Shown piece by piece: positions 27,901-38,720 of a stretch of DNA of 64,000 bases. The translations under genes and the position numbers were made by a program. Source of the DNA: Camelus dromedarius (lineage: Eukaryota); NCBI RefSeq assembly GCF_036321535.1, contig NC_087436.1, positions 35,280,001 through 35,344,000 on the forward strand, written 5' to 3'. The notes beneath the pieces were generated by a model. That model made no database searches, was not told where the DNA came from, and worked only from the letters and a program-made list of their open reading frames with translations. The first letter of the stretch is position 1. Every line of letters starts with the position of its first letter.

Positions 27901-28834
27901 CACTTTTTATTTCTCTTGCCTCATTCCTTCTTTCCCTCTCTCTCTTCTTCATCCCTTCCTCCTGTCTACTCACTTTCTTCTCTTTCTCTTCTCTTTCCCT
28001 CTCCCCACTGCCCATATCCTAGAAGAGGTTCAGCAGGAAACAGCTTGCATTTCCTCAAGTCAAAGACATTCATATTGTAGTACTTCTCTTGGAAACCTAA
28101 AAGAGAAGAACAAAACAAAACAAAAACACTCAAACTCTCAAGCTGTGCAGGTATAAATTTGATCCCAGCCTGCCAGACCTCTGCAGCTGGCTTTTCCACC
28201 AGTATTCGGAAGCATAGGTTTTAGGCCATGATTACACAAATCCAGCCTTTTCCAGGTCTTTGTATTAGGCCTGTCCAGGGCTTCTTTGGCATTCAGTTTA
28301 CGTGGACTTCAGCATTCAATGGAGTAATGAACTGAGTTGATTATAGGAGAAGGATGGAGAGTTCCAGACTCAATCAAAGCTGATGTTATATACATTTCAC
28401 TACAGGTTATTTTAATTCTTAAACAAGAGAAACATGAATATACCAAAGATTATACCTTTAACAGTCAATTGTGATCAGTGGTGATTTCTAATTTAGGCCA
28501 CCACCATAAAACTACATTACTCCTGACTAAAAAGGAAAATATTCATAGAAATCTTTCTATTAAACTTTCAAAAAGCATTTAATAGATTTTTCCTTCAATA
28601 GCATGTTGTATTTTTCAGTATAGGCAGACATAGGCTCTGTGTTTATTGCCTGACAATACGGAAATCTTCTTTACACTTCAGCTATAATAAAAAACAGGAC
28701 TGGATTTGCATGACCATGGCAGAACGCCAGTGTTTTTAGATGTGAGCAAGGGAAAATCATGACAGCTGAAGTGCACCCCTCCACCCCTCCACTGAAAACT
28801 GGGCAAAAGGCACATCTGTGTGAAAATATCTATA

Positions 28835-29140
28835 AATTTTCACTTATGAGATGAATAAGTTCTGAGGAGCACATATATAGCATGGTGACTGTAGTTTATA
28901 ACACTATATTGTATATTTGAAATTTGCTCAGAGAGGAGATCTTAAGTGGTCTTCCCCCCACCCCTCCCAAAAAAGAGAGAACTATGTGAGGTGATGGAGT
29001 TAATTATACATTAATTAACTTGATTGTGGGACTTATTTCACAAAGTATACATATATCAAATCATCACATTGTACACTTTTAAACATATTGCAGTTTTATT
29101 TGTCAAATATACTTCCATAAAGCTGGAAGAAAAATAAAAA
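28835..29140 (+). mobile_element. L1MA-like 3' end
   Basis: gatgaataagttctgaggag...agcatggtgactgtagtttataacactatattgtatatttgaaatttgct...aactatgtgaggtgatgga...ataaagctggaagaaaaataaaaa. Confidence 0.85.
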
Positions 29141-29170
29141 TCAGTCTCATCTTCAGACCTCACTCCTCTG

Positions 29171-29351
29171 TAGGGTTGCCAGATAAAAATATAGGATGCC
29201 CGGTTAAATTTGAATTTCCAATAAAACAACAAATAATTTTTAGTACATTATGCCATACTTATAATTTAAAATATTTGGTGTTTATTTGAAAATCAAATTT
29301 AAACTCAGAGTCTTGGATTTTTTTTTTCCTCTACTAAATCTGGCTATCCCA
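29171..29351. mobile_element. MER53 non-autonomous hAT-type DNA transposon (palindromic MITE)
   Basis: tagggttgccagataaaaatataggatgcccggttaaatttgaatttc...aaatcaaatttaaactc...atctggctatccca; inverted termini. Confidence 0.85.
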
Positions 29352-29354
29352 TAC

Positions 29355-29570
29355 TACAACATACCTCTCCCTCTCCCAGCTGTTCCCTTACCCTACTTTT
29401 GTCTTCTTTGCATTTATCAAACCATCTGTTATTACATTGCTCATTCATTTTTTATGGGGTCATTGTCTGTGTTCCAGCACTGAAATGTTAACTATACTGG
29501 AACTTGATCTCCTAGAACAGTGCTCAGCATATAATAGTTGCTCAATAATACTGAATTAATAAATGAAACA
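29355..29570 (+). mobile_element. L2 3' end
   Basis: cctagaacagtgctcagcatataatagttgctcaataatactgaattaataaatgaa. Confidence 0.7.
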
Positions 29571-29709
29571 TTTATCTAAAAAATCTGTTGCTCGTCCATC
29601 AGCTATGCAAATAATTCACATGGATAACTAAATCTACAATATTTGCTGTTTATCTTTACTTTTGCTGGTTGCTTCCCTAGTTAGGGTGAAAGCATTCAAA
29701 GATAATGGA

Positions 29710-29900
29710 TGATGCTAATATTTGTTGACTACTTACTATGTATTTGCCCTCTAAGTTATGTACACTTAATACTCACAAAAAAATTATAAAATTGGTGTAA
29801 TTTTTACTCTCAGTTTGGCCTCTGAAAAATGAAGCTTAGCAAATAATCATGTCCAAGTTCAAATAATCCAATTATTAATCAAGCAAGACTTGGAGACCTC
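29710..29900 (-). mobile_element. MIR
   Basis: gctaatatttgttgactacttactatgt...ttaatactcacaaa...gaaaaatgaagcttag...tgtccaagttc. Confidence 0.6.
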
Positions 29901-31469
29901 ATTTAAAACTGTCCATGGGGTAAATTATTTTCTTAGTACTTATTTTATGTTGTTATTCTCTTATAGTAGTGGAAACTTAAAAGACACATGAACAATATTG
30001 TTGCACTTTTTTCTTTTTATGAAAATGTGTTTTTACAATTCCTTGTCTAATATACTGGCAAAAAGTAAGAAAGAAAAATTACTAGCAAACAACTAACTTA
30101 AATCAATCTTTGCTAACAAATTAAAAGAAATTTAGTACTTCATTTCCCAAGGGTGAAATTACATGGCTTTTTAAATGAATTTTACTTTACTAATTGTAAG
30201 TAATTAAATATAGTATTAATACAATTTCACAAGAGTTTTCATTTTGGGTTTTACTAATGCAATTCTACATACATTCAGAGAAACTGAGAAGAGAGATCTG
30301 CAGTGTGTTTTCTTATGTTATTCAATATTCTACAGGCTTCCTTCCAAACCAAGCAACTAAAATGAAACACAGCTTCCCTTCCCAAGAGGGTTTCACTTGT
30401 TCCTTTTCTTGCCTCCATTCCCTTGACCCCCTTGCCTGTCTTCCTGTGCTTTTGACTTTCCTTCTCTTTTCTTCCACCCACAGGCACTTTTGAAATGGAC
30501 TCAGACGAGAGGGTGAGATCAGAAAAATGCCTATAGAACCCTCTACGTGGATCTGGCAGGCATTCAACACAAACGCAATTAGAGGGCTTACCCTTGCGTG
30601 AAATATTTGCTTTCCTGATAGTCACCAACATTAAACTTTAGGAATGCTGGGGTGTAGTGTTTCTATGTCAGAGCTAGGATCCTCAACTTCTCTTTCCTCA
30701 AAATTTGTGTGTAGTATCAGAAAGCCCACCAAGCAATCAATAGGAAAGCATGAAGTTTATTAAAGTCTACTTGGGACAGCTGCATCTTCCACTGGTATCT
30801 TTGGCCAGGGTCTGAGAAGTTATAGTACACCAGCCAGAGGTACTGAAGAGCATTGTCCTTACATAAATATTAAATGCCCTTGGCAAATACACTGTGCCCT
30901 GGGCTCAGAGCAGTGTGACGTCCTGAAGTTCACCTTCATTGGTAGACACAGGCAACTAAACAGGAAATTGCAGGATAATTGATAGAGGTGCTTGATCTTC
31001 CTTATACCTCTATATTGTAGAATTTCCACAAATTAAAGAAGACTAAATAGAATATTTGATTTGCTTTGGGCAAGGATGAAAATATTTCAAATGTACAAAT
31101 TTGATCAATTCACTGATACTTAAGAGAAAAAAGAAAAAATATATATATGCAGACACATCCCATGTATTAGTTAAGTAAGTTCTGAAATCTGGAAAATATT
31201 AGTTTGTAAAGTTTTTTTTTTCTTTTACCCTAAGTCACTTAAAATTGTTGTGGTATTACAGTCATTGATTTCAGTCACCATATTTTACGCTACATTGTAT
31301 CCTTGGAAATTAGTCTTAAAAATAAGTGTTGTTCAATAAATATTAAAGTTTAATAATACAATACTAAGAAATATTATACATTGTTAAATTATATGTAGAG
31401 GTCTTTATCTTCTTCAAAACAGAGAATCAAATGAATAGACAAACACTAAAAGTACTATGAAAGAAAAGT

Positions 31470-32200
31470 AACGTTTATTGATGTTCAGGATGTGCTAGTT
31501 ACACTACTAAGGATTTTGAAAGCATTAAGTCATTCAGTCTTTGGATAACCTTGAGAGGTAACAAACTATTTTATAGATGAGGAGACTGAGACTTAGAGAG
31601 TTTAAAGAATGTTGCCCAAGATTATACCTTGTAAGGGATATGCTTTAGCTTCCTGTAGCTGATGTAACAAATTATCACAAATCTGGTGGCTTAAAACAAC
31701 AAAAATGTCTTCTCTCACAGTTCCAGAAGTCTGACTTAAGTACCACTTGGCTGAAATCGAGGTGTTCACAGGGCTGTTTTCCTTCCAGAGATTCTTCCAG
31801 AGAATCTCTCCCTTGACTCTTTCAGTTTCTGGTGGCTCCTAACATTCCTTGGCTTGTGGACACTGCGCTCCAGTCTTCAAGGCCAGCATCTTCAAATCTC
31901 TCATTGTTCCATTTTCACAATACTTTCTAGTCTGTGTGTATGTATCTAATCTCCCTCTGCATCCCTTAGGAGGATGTTTGTGATGGCATTTAAGACCCAG
32001 CCAGGTAATCCAATATAATTTCCTCATCTCAAGATTTTTAAATTTAATCAGTTCTGTAAAAAGTCTATGATATAAGGTAACATTCACAGGTTCCATTGAT
32101 TAGGACCTGCTGTCTTTTAGGGGCCATCTTCCCTCCAACACAGCATTAGATCTAAGATTTGAACAGGCAGTCTGCCTCTAGTGCTGTTACACTATGATAC
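31470..32200 (-). mobile_element. MIR split by an MLT1 insertion (MIR parts about 31470-31635 and 32146-32200)
   Basis: ttttatagatgaggagactgagacttagagagtttaa...ttgcccaagattatac continues after the LTR as aagatttgaacaggcagtctgcctctagtgc. Confidence 0.75.
31640..32142 (-). mobile_element. MLT1C/D-like solo LTR
   Basis: gatgtaacaaattatcacaaatctggtggcttaaaacaac...cattccttggcttgtggac...ataaggtaacattcacaggttcc...ggggccat. Confidence 0.85.
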
Positions 32201-32269
32201 TACATCTCCAATAGATAAGATTTATCTAGATAGAGAGGAAATGCAATAAATGAGAACCTTAGCAAAATG

Positions 32270-32780
32270 CTAGACTATCATAAAAAGCTGGTGAGAACTA
32301 CTAGTGGTTTTATGGAAGGAAGAGACAAGGTGACACCAGCATTTTCAGGATGATTGATGTCCTGTGGTTTGAAGTGTGGTGTAAAATAGAGAGACCTGAC
32401 ATTGGAGTCTAACAGAACAGGTAGGAAACAATTGCAGTAATTTATGTAGAAAATTATAAGAGCCTGAGCTGGGGGTGATGGTGTAGGAAGTGGATAGTTT
32501 GGGCAGGAGATATGAAAGAAATGCAAAGACTTGTGACTAAGTAGATCAGAACCACAACACAGTTGGAAGAACTTTGCGTTCATTCAACAACATTTGTAAG
32601 TACTATCTATCTATATTTGGATCCAAATATGGAGAGTAAATCACAGTTCTTAACTTCAAAAAGTGGTATAAAAAATGAGAACAAATCAACAAATGATTAA
32701 AATAGAGTGCGATTAGGATGATCTCACAGGGTATGTGGGAAGACTGTAAAAGCACTGCTCGGAATGGGTGTGTATGTCAG
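32270..32780 (-). mobile_element. L2 fragments
   Basis: ggtaggaaacaattgcagtaatttatgtagaaaattataagagcctgagct; ttcattcaacaacatttgtaagtactatctat is an antisense L2 end. Confidence 0.6.
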
Positions 32781-32784
32781 GGAA

Positions 32785-33056
32785 GGTGTTTTATTTTGGG
32801 TTCTTCCCGAAGCAGGCTGAAGCCAAAGATTCCAGTCCCAGTAGGCTATAAAGTCAGTAAACACAAGTAGGGGAATGGAGAATTGAGACAGGGAAGAGAG
32901 GGAGGCCAATAAAGCATTCATTTTCAAGCCAGTTGTCAGTGTGGGTAACTGGAACTGCATTCTGCTGGGACCCTTTGGGAGCCAATGTAGAAAAGATGCT
33001 ATAGCATTATCCCACCTAGGACTGGGGTTGCTGGGAGATTTATACACCAAATCCCA
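32785..33056 (-). mobile_element. LTR16-family (ERVL) LTR fragment
   Basis: tgggttcttcccgaagcag...gagacagggaagagagggaggccaataaag...tgtgggtaactggaactgcattctgctggga...atttatacaccaaatccc. Confidence 0.65.
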
Positions 33057-33484
33057 ATGAAAAAATTAGAAAATTAGGTTATTGTGGTTGTCATAGAGGC
33101 ACCATAGTATCTGCCTGAAAACTAAATACTTATTTTTCACACATAAGTCTGACTTTAATAGCCTTTAAAATAATATTTCAGTAATGGTTAAATATTTTTA
33201 TTTTCATATCACTAGGGAAGAAAGAGATTTATTAATACTGAGAATGCATCGGGACCCTTCAATCCAATAATCCTATATTGCTGTAATAGAGTCACTAATT
33301 CTCAGTATTAAGGGTATTTATTTTTGTTTCTGAACATGCCTTCTACGTAGGGCTACACTTGCCGTCTTCCATACTTCAGCCTTCTAGGTCTTACACGGAA
33401 ATTATGCAAATAAGGCAGCATAAATCTGAGTTAACATCTATTTCTCTTTTACTTCATTTCTTCAGAGCTTCTGTAGAAATCTTT

Positions 33485-34255
33485 TTACCTTTTTTTTTAA
33501 AGGAGGGCTATTCCACAGTATGACAAACAAAAATTTAAACTAGATTTCTACAAAGAGCCATAGGAAGAAAAAATCTCATGGGCTTACAGAGATGGATCTT
33601 GTGCTCCACTTGCAGCAGCAAGTAAATCCCTCAGCACTTCCCTGCCTGAACGCCTCCCTCCACCTATGGCTCTCCACTTCCTTAGACTGTGTGCATTTCA
33701 GTGACTTATCAAACTACTAGAGGGCTAGTCCATCAGGAATCTTATCACCTGCAGTTTTTATGGACTGTTCAGTAATAAAAATAAAGAGGAGTTTGAACTC
33801 CCTGACATGGAAACCTTCAAGAAGCCATGGAATGTGGTCACTGGTATTTCTGGTATCTTTTAAATGTCAAGAGAGCAGAATTTCTCTTGTCAGTTGTCAC
33901 AGCAAGGCTAACAATTAAAGCCATCTGCTCTTCATTTCACTCCCCAAGGGCATCTTTCATTTTTCACCAACTTCCTGTTGTTGACAGCACAGTTCCTCCC
34001 AATTTCTCTCTGAAACTGTGAAGTCACCACCAGGCTCAGGCCATTCAGGGAACTGCTGGTGTGCTCCAGAATGTCCTGTGCCCCGGGAGCTGCAGCCTCC
34101 AGTAACTGGGACCCGCAGACTGCAGTAACTGGGACCCTGCAGCAGATCCAGTTCATGAAGAACACTGGCTCCTCCCCAAGCAATGCTGATGAGGGCAGTA
34201 GACGCACTTGTGCCAGGACCAGCAGCACAGCTGACACTGTGTTGGGGTGGGGAGG
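33485..34255 (-). pseudogene. Possible degenerate processed pseudogene, parent not identified
   Basis: On the minus strand a GC-rich, TG/CA-rich (CpG-decayed) 5' end grades into a coding-like middle and ends in an A-tract (33482-33498); no repeat family recognised; no intact ORF; no clear TSD. Confidence 0.3.
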
Positions 34256-34265
34256 TTCTCATTTA

Positions 34266-34435
34266 AGAAAAAAATAGGAAGAAAGGAAAAGAATAGGTAA
34301 AGAGGGGGAAAGGAAGCCAAGAGGAGGTGGAGATAAGGAAGGAAATGAAGAAGGAAGATAGGGAAAAAGAATGGAACATAAAAGAAAAGGGAGAAAACAG
34401 AAGAAAGCAAGGGAAGGAAGGGGAAAAAAGAAAAG
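34266..34435. repeat. Purine-rich (A/G) low-complexity tract
   Basis: Almost entirely A/G: ggaagaaaggaaaagaatagg...gggaaggaaggggaaaaaagaaaag. Confidence 0.9.
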
Positions 34436-35149
34436 CTAGTATATTTGGGTTTTTTTTTTTTTTTTCTTAATTCGGGATCATTGCTTTACTCTGTTGGTGT
34501 TAAAATACCTGTCCATCACAAATTTTTTATGCCTTTATTGTTGTTGTGTTTATCTTAAAAGAAGGATGGTGGCAAATGAAAGAGCAGAAAGTATATCAAA
34601 CAAGTTTGTAGATTCCATAGACTCTGTAAGAAACCTTAAGGTGAACAGATTGCAGTGATTCAGACTAATAATTTTGCTGATTAATGTACCCAAGGGCTGT
34701 TCTTTTTTTGTTGTTATTGTGAGAGTGCCATGAAACAATAAGAAATGTAATCCCGATGCTAAGAAAACCACCTTATAGTTTGGGGGATAGATTTTTCTGT
34801 CTGATATCCAAGGCCATCAGATATCATATACTTATAAATGTTGTGAATTCATAATGCATATTTGAATGAGTTTATGGATCAACTCAGTTCAGACAAAAGC
34901 AAAGTTTCCAGAAATTCTGTCAGCCTGAAGATCATGTATAAGCTAGGGAAATACACAGTTGTCATCATTTCAAGCAGAAATTTTAAAATACCTAGTTAGA
35001 CTTGTTAATAAGCTTTTCAGTTTCATATGCACTTTTCTAACTAAAGCAAATAAACAACTTACAAGGAATAATTCTCTTTGGCGCTCTCTCATGGGATACT
35101 TTCACTGATTTCTTCTCCGTGTTCCCTTCTAATGGGGCCCTCAGTACTC

Positions 35150-35560
35150 TGCCTTTCCCTGACTCCTTTGGCAACCGTCACTCTTTCAAAATGAGTCCTG
35201 TCTTCCAGCCTCTACCTGGTCCCAGGACAGTGCATGCATCCTAAACCTGCTAGACTAAAAACCTGCAGGCTGATCCCACAGCTCCCCTCTCTCCTTACTC
35301 TGCCAGTGTGAGCTGCAGTCATCCTGCCACCTATGAACTTTTCCAAGCAAAGGTCAAAATCTGCCTCTACAGTCCACAAGAAGGAAGCCAGCTCCTCCAA
35401 GGTCCTGCTCCATAGCAAGCCCACATGCATTAGCAGCTCAGCAAGCAGGCAGTCAGGAAATAAAATGCCAGGAATTCTCCTTCTATGATATTCCCACTTT
35501 GCTTCAGTACAGTGTTCTTTTCCCCAGAATCTCTTCATATAATTTGGTCAAGGCTCTCTA
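35150..35560 (+). mobile_element. L2 fragment
   Basis: cagtgtgagctgcagtcatcct...caaaggtcaaaatctgcctctacagtccacaag; pyrimidine-rich L2-like 3' region. Confidence 0.5.
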
Positions 35561-35689
35561 AGTTACTGCCATTCAGGCATGATGGAGATGGATAGCTAAA
35601 CAACCAGACTGCCTCACTGTTGGTCTGGTGGGGATGTGTCTGTCACTGTCTTTGAAGTATTTGGGCACTTACTACACATTCACCCTTAG

Positions 35690-37320
35690 TTTAGTTCTGT
35701 CTCTACCTCTACCTCTAACCTCTACCTTTCTTTCTCTCTCTCTCTCTCTCTGTTGCACTCTGTCTTCTCATTCTGTGGCAACCTTGAAAACTGTATGTTT
35801 AAGATGGCAACACTTCAAGATAGAAGAAGCCTGGAGTCACTGCTTAGAGGAGAGCTGCCAAAAAGAACTTCCCAAGCCACATCAAACTGTGAAATGAGCA
35901 AGAAATAAACCTTTATTGTATTAAGCTACTGAGATTGGGGGATTTGTTTGTTATTGCAGCATGGCCTAGTCTATCGTGTCTATTCCAAAAATTGACACCT
36001 GAAGTAGAGCACTGATGTAACAAACCTAAAATACAGGGCACTGACTTCGCTCACAGGTAGAATAAGCAAAGGAACTGATATGAGGGGCTTAGCAGTTGAC
36101 AATCTATGTTGCACAGTGACAAAATATTTGGATAAGCTGTCTCGTGCAATAACTTGAGAGGCAGACCATGTGCCTGCTGAGTGAAAAGCTCTAGGGGGAT
36201 AGCCTGGAAAATACCATGTTATTGTGTTTTGACTATTATTGGCTGTGCTTAACAAGTTATTACAGGAAAAGGATGAGTTTAGAAAAGAATTGTCTAGTTT
36301 GTAAGTGATTATCTCAGGGAAAAGAACTTGGGACATTGCAAGTTTGAAGAAATCTAGCTGCTTCTAAACCTGAAGGGGTGGAAAGTGGGTTTTTTGGATG
36401 CTATTAGCAATAATGGTCCAGTAAAAAAACTTCTCAATTGAATAAAGAAAACCTAGGAAAAGATGAGATTAAGGGTATGCTCTCCTCATTTGTTTTGTTT
36501 CCAGATAGGCTGAAGTAGCTGTCCCTAAGTCAAAAGAGAGAGGCTTGAAGACAAAAAAGCACAGAAATGAGCTAAATAACTTGTCTTTTAATTTCTAGGG
36601 ACTACACTGAGAGGTACCATCTCTAAACCCTGTAACAGAATGGTTTATTACTTGAGATGATACTTAATTTCATGTGTCAATTTGACTAGGCCATAGTGCT
36701 CAGGTATTCAATCAAAAACATTTTTCTAAATGTTTCTGTAATGGTGTTTTTTTAAATGAGATTAGCTTTTAAATCAGTGGATTTTGAGTTAAAAAGATTA
36801 CCCTTCATAATGTGGGTGAACCTCATTCAACTAGTTGAAGGTCTTACTAGAACAAAGATTGACCTCCCCTGAGCAAGGAAGAATTCTGTCAGCAGACTGT
36901 CTTTGGACTCAAACTGAACTCTTCCCTAAGTCTCCAGCCTTTTGGACTCCCGCATCAGATTTCAAACTAACCAAACCTCCACAATCATGTGAGCCAATTC
37001 CTTAAAATAAATCTTTCTCTTGAAATATATGCATATCCCTTATTGGTACTAATACACTTGAATATTGCGAACTTTCTACTGGATTTAATAACTGGGTAGT
37101 ACTTTGAGTTGTCCCTCTTAAAAAGGGTCAATATATGTTCTAGGTATGGGAGGGAGCGTGAAAGTGTTATTTGGTCATCTGAAGGGGGAGCTTTGACAAA
37201 AGCTAACTAAACATGCAGTGATCCCATTTCTCCTTCAGGGAACACAGGAAGGCTACATTTCCGAGCCTCCCTTCCAGGTATATTGGGGCTATATGACAAT
37301 TCTGGCCAATGGGATAGGAA
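35690..37320 (+). mobile_element. Relic MLT1 provirus: 5' LTR end (about 35690-35980), MLT1-int, and the first part of the 3' LTR (about 37195-37320)
   Basis: LTR end gagcaagaaataaacctttattgtattaagctactgagatt...cagcatggcctagtcta, followed directly by the int start aaattgacacctgaagtagagcactgatgtaacaaacctaaaata; the int ends gaagggggagc, then an LTR starts (ggctacatttccgagcctcccttcc). Confidence 0.7.
36657..37057 (+). mobile_element. MLT2 (ERVL) solo LTR nested in MLT1-int
   Basis: ttaatttcatgtgtcaatttgactaggcca...attacccttcataatgtgggtgaacctcattcaactagttgaagg...aatcatgtgagccaattccttaaaataaatct...ctaataca. Confidence 0.85.
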
Positions 37321-37720
37321 CACTGAAGAAAAAAGGCATTAACAAAAATATTTAAATCATATTTATTCTTTCAGTCCAAAATAACTACTGTTAATATTTT
37401 TCATATGACCTTCTATTACTATGTGCTTGCATATATATGTATATGTACTGTATAAAGTATATACCATAGTATATATATATACTGTACATACATAGGTTTA
37501 TGTACATATGCACATAATTATGAGAAAATCTTGTTTGGGGGAGTTTGCACACATATATACTATGGTATATACTATATATAGTACATATATAGTGCATATA
37601 CATACATATGCAAGCACGTAATAATAGAGGGTCATATGAAAAATATTAACAGTAATTATTTTAGACTGCAAGAATAAATATGATTTAAGTATTTTTGTTA
37701 ATGTCTTTTTTCTTCAGTGT
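37320..37720. repeat. Long inverted repeat: arms about 37320-37477 and 37553-37720, loop about 75 bp
   Basis: Manual alignment of the outer 114 nt (37321-37434 vs reverse complement of 37606-37719) gives 8 mismatches; the inner TA-rich parts also pair. Confidence 0.97.
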
Positions 37721-37895
37721 GAATTTGTCTTTTGCAATTTAAAAAGAAAAATATGATTTATCAAAATCAATCAAAGCAATTATCTTTCATGTTTGAGATC
37801 CTCACTTCATTCCACCATGTAACAACTCAGTCATTTTCATCTTCCACTGTCTTCCATTAGCACAATTCAATGACTATTTTCCATATCAGGACACT

Positions 37896-38156
37896 GTATT
37901 AAGATAGGCCAGGATTTGTTAGGGTAACAAAATAAACGCAGGTCTCAGTGGTTTAACATGACAAAGTTTCATGTCTCACTTAGGTCACCTCCAATTCAAG
38001 CCTTTGGTCATTATTCTTTACGTGGTGACTCTAGCATCCATCTCCTTCCTTCTGGTTACGTCACTAGCTTACCTACATGGCCCCAAAGTCCCCCCAAACA
38101 AGAGTAGGAAAGAACATGTATGGAGTTTTATGACCAGGGCAGAAAGAAATGTACAT
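37896..38156 (-). mobile_element. Second half of an MLT1J-like LTR, inverted relative to its first half at 37195-37320
   Basis: tgtattaagataggccaggatttgttagggtaacaaa...tctcagtggtttaacatgacaaagttt...ggagttttatgaccagggcagaaagaaatgtacat. Confidence 0.75.
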
Positions 38157-38220
38157 ACATAGGTTTGTGTGCACATGTAACATATAATTATGAGAAAATT
38201 TTGTTTGGGGGAGTTTGTAC
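38150..38220 (+). repeat. Direct repeat of the inverted-repeat loop (37483-37550)
   Basis: tgtacatacataggttt...ataattatgagaaaat(c/t)ttgtttgggggagtttg(c/t)ac at both sites. Confidence 0.95.
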
Positions 38221-38720
38221 CATAAACAAGTATTTCCAAGTTAAAAAATATTCCTAATAAATGAATTTTGCACTTCTCACTTATTTCCAGACTTCTTTTA
38301 TGAACACAGGCTTTTAAAAACTACAAATGGAAAACTTTGTGCTATTAGATCTTTATAGTGTATTCTATTCTATGACTTGACAGATTCTTACCAAAAAAAA
38401 TCATATTTTCTTGCTGGCTGGCCTTTAAACTGAGAAATAAAATTTTATTTGAACATCTATCTATAATAGAATTTTAAATATTATACACACTATTTTCTCC
38501 TTTGTTCTTTTCGCATATTTCTTTATATTGAATATTTTGTATAGCATTTCTACAAATTATTTTATTAGTATCCAATGATAATAAGTGCTAATCTGCTCAC
38601 CCAGAGTCCTAGATTAGATCGTTAGATAATATTTACTATTATGAATAATTCTGGATGAGCATCCTTGAATTTAAACATTTGTCTATATTTTCAATGGAAT
38701 TGTCAATGTCTGAATGGATT
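38221..38720 (-). mobile_element. Old L1 (L1ME-like) 3'UTR fragment
   Basis: ttattttattagtatccaatgataataagtgctaatctgctcacccagagtcct...tactattatgaataattctggatgagcatccttg. Confidence 0.5.

Noticed and set aside
27990..28130. Good-looking minus-strand splice acceptor (ttcttctcttttag/GTTTCC)
   Set aside because: No convincing donor, no recognisable peptide and no partner exons.
32613..32630. Perfect 18-bp palindrome atatttggatccaaatat
   Set aside because: Roughly one of this length is plausible by chance in 64 kb of AT-rich DNA, and it lies within L2.
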